DNA of 64,000 bases, from the IMG/VR virus record IMGVR_UViG_3300023214_000389. One strand, 5' to 3'. Source of the stretch: a virus (lineage: Duplodnaviria > Heunggongvirae > Uroviricota > Caudoviricetes). The notes under the pieces were generated by a model. The model was given only the letters and a program-made list of their open reading frames with translations. It ran no database searches and was not told the DNA's origin. This document shows positions 56,720 through 64,000 of the stretch, in pieces; the stretch's first letter is position 1, and each line of letters starts with the position of its first letter. The translations under genes and the position numbers were made by a program.

Positions 56720-59700
56720 TTACGGGTTGCCTGAGCCAATCCCGAAGTCGTTTGTGTTGACCGTGAAAAGACCAAACACTCTCTTAATAGGTAATCGTAG
56801 GAAGTAAGCATAAAACATGTGATATAGAGTCGGATCTGCCGTGTCTCTAAACACCACAACATCTGCTTGTGGATCAAACTTCCTTACATTTTGATTGTCA
56901 TCCTCATACTGGCCAATAATTCCTCGACCCAAAAGTCCTAGAAGAATTCCGCTAAGAGTTGCTCGTATCACACCAACGCCAGCCTCAGCACTAGGGACAA
57001 CTAGGGAGACAACTGAGTTTTCCATCTCGCGTCGTACTACCTTTGTAACAAACTGCTTTTGAGTCATAGCTGAAATGAGGTAGAAATCGATGGAGAAAGT
57101 GTCAACTGTAGTGTCTTCTTCTATTCGAACGACTCCGTTCCCAAGATCCGTAAAATAAACTATTGCCGAATCCCCCAGTAGAGCATTTTCTTTAGGAGTA
57201 TACGTCTGTACTGATCGGAATCCCGAGAGATTCTTTTTCAAGACAGTGTTAGCTGGGTCGGAAAAAGATGCAGTTAAAGATGCCAAAGCCGCTGCAACAA
57301 AGGATCCGTCAACAGTTACTTGAACCGTATCTCCACTCTGAAGAACAACATTTACAGTTGCCGACGTTGGACCAACTAGGATTCTAGTACCATGAGAAGG
57401 AGATTGTCCAAATACTCTTAATGTATTGTCAGCAATGTATCGAAGTGTATCTGGTGTCTGTCTATCCCCTATTGGAGTTCCAATTGGAGCGCCAAACCAA
57501 TCCAAAGATTCTCGTCTAGAGAAGGGATCATTGGCTCTTTCGTTAACAGCAAGCTGATCTCCCCAGGCATCTTGCCTGGATAGAACGATGCGATCTGTAA
57601 TAGCCTCTACATCTTCCGTAGCAAGAAGAGCTGTCTTGAAATCAGTCTGCTGGAATACCCCGTCTTCGTCAGCATCAGAAACTTGGACATAGTAAGCTCC
57701 GAAAACATTGTTATCGAAAGCAAGTTCGTTAACAATGTGTAGATGGTTGTCTATGCTTGGAGGACCTAAAAGGGTTCTACCTTCATCTCTGTCTAGGACT
57801 AGAACAGGATTATTGTACAGCTCGCTTCCTCGCAGGAAGTTACCGGTAAAAAAGTATAGCTGGCCTGGGTCTGGCTCATCTCCACGAGTTTCGTAGTTTA
57901 CAGTAAATGCTTCTGTTGGTGGAACAGGCAAAGCTACGAAAGCCGTTCCGGTCACTTCCACAGAAGCGACGGGAACCTGCCCAGAAGTAGTCTCAACAGT
58001 AACAGAAGCAGGCTCATAAATATCATTTGTAATGATGTAGGATTGGCCGGGAGTTCCGGTTACAGTTCCATTAGTATCAACGATGATATCATCAACTTCA
58101 AATTCCTGTTCTCGTCTAGCTACTAGAGACCAATCTACCTTGTTCTCATCTACGGCTGTAAATGTGAACTCGTCTCCGCCCTGATGACGATTACCAGAAG
58201 CTCCATCACCTCTAGTCATATTTCGGAAAGCCATTCTAACGTTGTCAGGAAACAAGAAATGGCCAGTTTGTTCATCTGGATTCAAAGGATCATAGTAGTT
58301 TTGCTGACGAACTAGGTATGTTCCAAACCCTCCCTCGGGAGTATTTGTGCTGTATTCTCCTTCAACAACTCCTACTACCTGATTTCCGGTCAGGGTTCCA
58401 CTTCCATCTGGATTAGTGTCTCCCGGAACTAGATTGCTAGTGGAGCCGTGTAGAAGTTCGTAAGCTCGGTTATCTTTGCCGGAATACAGAAGCCTAGGTG
58501 CTCTGGCAATGAAGGCAAATTCGTCACCTACTCCGAAGTTAGAAGAGCCAAAATCAAGATCTATATCAACACCAAAAGCCAAGCTCTCAGTCAGGGAAGC
58601 AGGAGTAGCCTCATTTATAGTAAAGCTTCCATTTGGTCCCAATTCGATAAAAGTAGACCAAACAAAAGTAGCAGTTCTATTTGGGGAAGAACCAGAAATA
58701 CCTATACATCTAATAGAGAACCCAGTGTTGAAATTTCTGTTAAATTCAGAGCTAGTTGCTATGGATACTGATCCAGTTCCCGTGTTATCGTCACCAACAA
58801 CAATACCAGTAATCTCTGGGAATTGGTTAGTGTTGTCGTATCTGTCATCTTTCTCAACTAGGCTTGGACCAAACCCGTGGAAAGAGAAAACATCTGCAAC
58901 TGCAAAGTTCTCAGGGGATCCGGAACCAGGGAAAAAGAAATCAAGCTCTATTCCTAATTCAATTTCAACGTTGAATTGCGATACAGAACCCGCCGGAGGA
59001 GAAGGGTGCCCAACTTCGTGTACAGTAATAGTTGGGCTTGATTCTAGAGAATTTAAAGGGCGGGGAGGAAGAGCATCGTTACCACCAGTAACTGGTGTGC
59101 TAGTATAAGAGAACGAAGCAACACGATTTCCACCTGCAATAGTTCCGCTAGCTGCAATACATTCGAATTCGTAGTATCTATTGTAATTGTGATCAAATTG
59201 AGAAGAGCTTCCCTGGGTGATAACTCCCGCACCTGTGTTGCCGGGATCTGGGGAAGGGGCAGTCAATACTGAATCAGTATTGACATTCCCAGAATCAGCC
59301 ACAGGAGAAGTAACATCGGTTACAATAAAAAAATCCGTGTTTTCTCGAAATTGTGGAGAATCCTCGGATAAACCAACATTGACTACTGCTCTCAGCTCCT
59401 CTACGGGAATAACATCCTGAGGAGTTCTTTCCACAGATTGATAATCTATTACATATGTTGCTGTTGGGTCAAAATTTTCTGAAGAAATAGTGATTTGGTC
59501 AAAAACACCCGATCCAGGCACGCTCTCATTAAAGAACCAAAAATCATTTCTAACTACGGTTCCATCTTGCTTTCTCAGTTGTATACCCGGAGCGTTTTGA
59601 TCCTGATCAGCATCAAAATCTAGTTGAGCACGATGTGGTGCTACTTGAGTGAATGCGAGAGTTTCCTCAAAAATGAATGATCGGCGAATAGAGATGTTTT

Positions 59701-59851
59701 TGCCTTCTGCAAGTCTGTTACCTACTCCAACAAAACATGGAATCCTAGCGTCTGCCGTAAGATTAACTGGGCGCGGAATAATTAGCTGCCCGATATAGAC
59801 CCCGGGCGGAACATATCTAGTATTCACCAATCGAAAACTTGGGTTAGCCAT
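56720..59851 (-). CDS. tail sheath protein (unusually large)
   Basis: 1043 aa; N-terminus 'YVPPGVYIGQLI...IPCFVGVGNR' matches conserved sheath start (..PGVY.eE.....i.gv.t...gfvG); GGGGA RBS; followed by tube gene. Confidence 0.55.
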   Translation of the reverse strand: MANPSFRLVNTRYVPPGVYIGQLIIPRPVNLTADARIPCFVGVGNRLAEGKNISIRRSFIFEETLAFTQVAPHRAQLDFDADQDQNAPGIQLRKQDGTVVRNDFWFFNESVPGSGVFDQITISSENFDPTATYVIDYQSVERTPQDVIPVEELRAVVNVGLSEDSPQFRENTDFFIVTDVTSPVADSGNVNTDSVLTAPSPDPGNTGAGVITQGSSSQFDHNYNRYYEFECIAASGTIAGGNRVASFSYTSTPVTGGNDALPPRPLNSLESSPTITVHEVGHPSPPAGSVSQFNVEIELGIELDFFFPGSGSPENFAVADVFSFHGFGPSLVEKDDRYDNTNQFPEITGIVVGDDNTGTGSVSIATSSEFNRNFNTGFSIRCIGISGSSPNRTATFVWSTFIELGPNGSFTINEATPASLTESLAFGVDIDLDFGSSNFGVGDEFAFIARAPRLLYSGKDNRAYELLHGSTSNLVPGDTNPDGSGTLTGNQVVGVVEGEYSTNTPEGGFGTYLVRQQNYYDPLNPDEQTGHFLFPDNVRMAFRNMTRGDGASGNRHQGGDEFTFTAVDENKVDWSLVARREQEFEVDDIIVDTNGTVTGTPGQSYIITNDIYEPASVTVETTSGQVPVASVEVTGTAFVALPVPPTEAFTVNYETRGDEPDPGQLYFFTGNFLRGSELYNNPVLVLDRDEGRTLLGPPSIDNHLHIVNELAFDNNVFGAYYVQVSDADEDGVFQQTDFKTALLATEDVEAITDRIVLSRQDAWGDQLAVNERANDPFSRRESLDWFGAPIGTPIGDRQTPDTLRYIADNTLRVFGQSPSHGTRILVGPTSATVNVVLQSGDTVQVTVDGSFVAAALASLTASFSDPANTVLKKNLSGFRSVQTYTPKENALLGDSAIVYFTDLGNGVVRIEEDTTVDTFSIDFYLISAMTQKQFVTKVVRREMENSVVSLVVPSAEAGVGVIRATLSGILLGLLGRGIIGQYEDDNQNVRKFDPQADVVVFRDTADPTLYHMFYAYFLRLPIKRVFGLFTVNTNDFGIGSGNP

Positions 59852-59956
59852 GTATGCGGTCCCCTCAAATAGAGCTTGCGTCTTTTAATTCAGCGCCCGA
59901 GTGAGTGTCCGGCGACGTAAACCTGTTCTACTATGATATAAGAGGGTAATAACTTC

Positions 59957-60997
59957 TTATAGAATCACATTTACAGATTTTGATGCAACAACCTCTGGAG
60001 CTAACGCAGCCCCAGAAGGCTGTCTATGCCGACGATCGAATACTTGAATCTCAAATTTTCCAAGTCTGCGGGCAGTTACAATTAATGTTTCTGGATCAAA
60101 AACAGCAATTTTACCATCAGATAAAGCCACTCTCTGGCCATCTTGAAAATTTCTAACACGTATTTGATTTGTTTTATTTAATTTTATTTCATCGGGGAAT
60201 TCAATAACTGGCTTCAAAGTACCGCCAGGGCCCCCAAGATTAGGATCTCCTACCTCCTGCCCCAAAGGAAAAGTTGCAGAAGACATTTCTTGTTGAAGAA
60301 TTATTCTGTCTTCAAATTGTACCAGCATATCAATAGTCATAGCCCAAACAGAATCTTTGGGGTCATCGTTTATACTACTATTGGTAGTAGGAGACGGCAC
60401 AAAACTAAGAGGTAATCTAACTTCCCAGGTATCTCCCTTATCATCCCGACCAGTAATTCTTTGACCCCCTCCGATATTTCTCAAAGGTCCGAAAATGAGA
60501 GTTAGAAACGACCCAAGAGCGTCTGCGGACTCCTGATCTTGGGCAGCAGATACAATTGTTATAGGTATATTGTAAGTCAAAGGAAACTGACCTTGCCACA
60601 TAAGAGGGTTACCCAACTCGCCCCTGTTCCCAAGATGGGTAGCATGATCTAAAACATTTAGCCCTGGGTCTACATATTCCATTCCAGAATCAATTATTAA
60701 AATTGCTGGGAGTCTTTCTTTTATATCATTGTAATATCTTGCTAGTTGAGTTGGCCTAAGAGTAGGATCTGTAGTTAAAGAGTCTGTGTCAGTTATGAAT
60801 AATTTTGACAAAGAACCAACCGCTTCTGTAATAGACCTCTTAACCCCATCTGTATCCATAAACTGTTGTATATAGTGCTGAAGTGCTTGTTTAGTTATAG
60901 ATTTAATTCTATCGTGACTAGCACGAGAAACAGCTTCCTGAACTGACTGAGGGGCAGCACGAAATATGTAGCCAGGATTAAGATTCTGATCCGACAC
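59957..60997 (-). CDS. hypothetical tail-associated protein
   Basis: 346-aa ORF immediately upstream of sheath gene. Confidence 0.3.
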   Translation of the reverse strand: MSDQNLNPGYIFRAAPQSVQEAVSRASHDRIKSITKQALQHYIQQFMDTDGVKRSITEAVGSLSKLFITDTDSLTTDPTLRPTQLARYYNDIKERLPAILIIDSGMEYVDPGLNVLDHATHLGNRGELGNPLMWQGQFPLTYNIPITIVSAAQDQESADALGSFLTLIFGPLRNIGGGQRITGRDDKGDTWEVRLPLSFVPSPTTNSSINDDPKDSVWAMTIDMLVQFEDRIILQQEMSSATFPLGQEVGDPNLGGPGGTLKPVIEFPDEIKLNKTNQIRVRNFQDGQRVALSDGKIAVFDPETLIVTARRLGKFEIQVFDRRHRQPSGAALAPEVVASKSVNVIL

Positions 60998-61427
60998 GCA
61001 ACTTCCTTCCTGGCAAAATTAGTAAGTCTCTAGGGTCAGGTACGTTTACGCCATTTTCTCTACATGCTTTTTCAACTTCGGGAAGAAGCTCTTCCATCTG
61101 GGCCATAATTTCTTCTGAAGTTTTAGCCCCCTCAGGGATTATAGGGCTCAAGTCTTCTGCAAAATGCCATTCTGGGTACACCACAGGTGGATCAAATCTC
61201 CATATTGCAGAGCCCATATGTGCTTCTTGTAATATAGCTTTCTGCTCTCCATCATAAAAATATGGGATATTCTTAGGACGTTTTTCTACTGGTCCGTATG
61301 ATTCTTCTTCGCATTTTTCACACATAACTCTGGGACAGCTATGCCCATCTATAATTCTATCAAAAAATGGAAAAAAGAACCCATGCTTACCGCATGTATA
61401 TTTTGATTCAACCTTTTTATCTAACAT
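60978..61427 (-). CDS. Cys-rich hypothetical protein (possible Zn-binding)
   Basis: 149 aa; 'CGKHG...HSCPRVMCEKCEE'. Confidence 0.3.
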   Translation of the reverse strand: MLDKKVESKYTCGKHGFFFPFFDRIIDGHSCPRVMCEKCEEESYGPVEKRPKNIPYFYDGEQKAILQEAHMGSAIWRFDPPVVYPEWHFAEDLSPIIPEGAKTSEEIMAQMEELLPEVEKACRENGVNVPDPRDLLILPGRKLRVGSES

Positions 61428-61454
61428 AAATCATTTCACTTTTTAATATATTAA

Positions 61455-61712
61455 CTATTTATTGATCTTATGTTCATCACATTTATCTGAGGTTAAAAGG
61501 GCATTAGCCTTATTTAGAGCAGTTCTTTTAAGAGGGTATTTTCCTATAAATTTTGTTCCCATATACAGCTCCCAACCACCATCAACAGCATCAATGCGCA
61601 CACGTTGCCCATTAGGGCACACACCTTCGTATCGACCCTTTTTAAGTCTTCTCATTAATCGTTTTTGGGTATAAGAAGATGATATGTTCCAGTTAAGTTC
61701 GCTAGCTAACAT
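61455..61712 (-). CDS. hypothetical protein
   Basis: 85-aa ORF. Confidence 0.25.
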   Translation of the reverse strand: MLASELNWNISSSYTQKRLMRRLKKGRYEGVCPNGQRVRIDAVDGGWELYMGTKFIGKYPLKRTALNKANALLTSDKCDEHKINK

Positions 61713-61739
61713 TAGGATACCCCAAGAAATAAATAAACC

Positions 61740-61976
61740 CTAGCTTAATGTGTTTATCCCCTGCTGAAGCGCTAAATCAACATAACTAATAAGGACTTTT
61801 AGCTCACAGCGGCATGTTGTGTCTTTCTTAGAAATATCACGCAAATTATTAGCCATCCATCTCAAATCTCTTCTTTTAGTTACAGGAACATTAATTGCTT
61901 TAGCTAGCTTTTCAATTTCTTGAATTAAGGTATTCCCTGCGGATTTTTCTTTCCAATTTAGATCTCGAATATCCAT
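61740..61976 (-). CDS. hypothetical protein
   Basis: 78-aa ORF. Confidence 0.25.
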   Translation of the reverse strand: MDIRDLNWKEKSAGNTLIQEIEKLAKAINVPVTKRRDLRWMANNLRDISKKDTTCRCELKVLISYVDLALQQGINTLS

Positions 61977-61990
61977 TAGTTACTATCCTG

Positions 61991-62155
61991 TTAAGAGGGA
62001 TTTTTGTTTACAACATTTTCCTCCGTCATACATGCTTCCAATCTAGGAACCAATTCCCTAACTTGATTGAATGGCAAAGAAGACAAAGTTTCTATAGCTA
62101 CTCTCAATACTGCGTAAGGTACTGCGAATTCAGTTTCTCCAACTATTTTAGACAT
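61991..62155 (-). CDS. small hypothetical protein (not in ORF track)
   Basis: 54-aa ORF 'MSKIVGETEFAVPYAVLRVAIETLSSLPFNQVRELVPRLEACMTEENVVNKNPS' starting 6 nt after fiber stop, GGAG upstream, ends 15 nt before next gene. Confidence 0.2.
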   Translation of the reverse strand: MSKIVGETEFAVPYAVLRVAIETLSSLPFNQVRELVPRLEACMTEENVVNKNPS

Positions 62156-62161
62156 CTTCAA

Positions 62162-64000
<1,839 letters not shown>

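Noticed and set aside
831-59108. Numerous 60-170-aa ORFs nested antisense or out of frame inside large genes (e.g. 831..1046-, 5102..5599-, 9461..9961-, 28028..28483-, 29592..30110-, 37352..37678-, 40575..41079-, 50840..51310+, 58476..59108+)
   Set aside because: No RBS/start context, fully contained within long well-supported ORFs, low-complexity translations typical of shadow ORFs

Overview
This window looks like a gene-dense segment of a large tailed-phage genome with a contractile, myovirus-like tail; it is not bacterial chromosome. Genes are tightly packed, with frequent ATGA/TAATG start-stop overlaps. There are two divergent blocks: plus strand from about 1 to 47.3 kb, minus strand from about 47.8 kb to the window end.

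The plus block holds, in order:
- replication-associated genes: a DEDDh 3'-5' exonuclease and a possible sliding clamp;
- a baseplate module: a large peptidoglycan-hydrolase-like structural protein, a gpV/VgrG-like spike, a gp25/GPW-like wedge protein, a baseplate-J-like protein and a large gpI-position protein;
- two tandem paralogous tail fibers (one with a T4 gp12-type collar domain) and a collagen-like fiber protein;
- a family-A DNA polymerase with an N-terminal UDG-like domain whose catalytic residues are degenerate;
- a nucleotide-metabolism trio: a nucleoside 2-deoxyribosyltransferase-like protein, ThyX and a DUF1508 protein;
- a higher-GC accessory cassette from about 37.3 to 43.2 kb: a secreted Gly/Ser/Asn-rich protein, an OmpA-like protein, two paralogous GT9 heptosyltransferase-like proteins fused to a SAM-methyltransferase-like domain, a prolyl-4-hydroxylase-like 2OG-Fe(II) oxygenase and a vWA protein;
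- a Pif1/RecD-like helicase;
- a metallophosphoesterase-like gene interrupted by a LAGLIDADG intein inserted exactly in the GH|xH active-site motif.

The minus block holds, in order:
- a lipoprotein and an SPFH protein, flanked by 14-bp direct repeats (a candidate moron);
- a GC-rich, hairpin-dense intergenic region;
- an HNH endonuclease;
- a tape-measure protein, preceded by a G/GT-type -1 frameshift chaperone arrangement;
- tail tube and a 1043-aa tail sheath;
- a collagen-like fiber gene that runs off the window edge inside a perfect 9-bp (Gly-Ser-Thr) tandem array.

No rRNA, tRNA or CRISPR was found. All functional calls come from motif recognition by eye; none were confirmed by database search.
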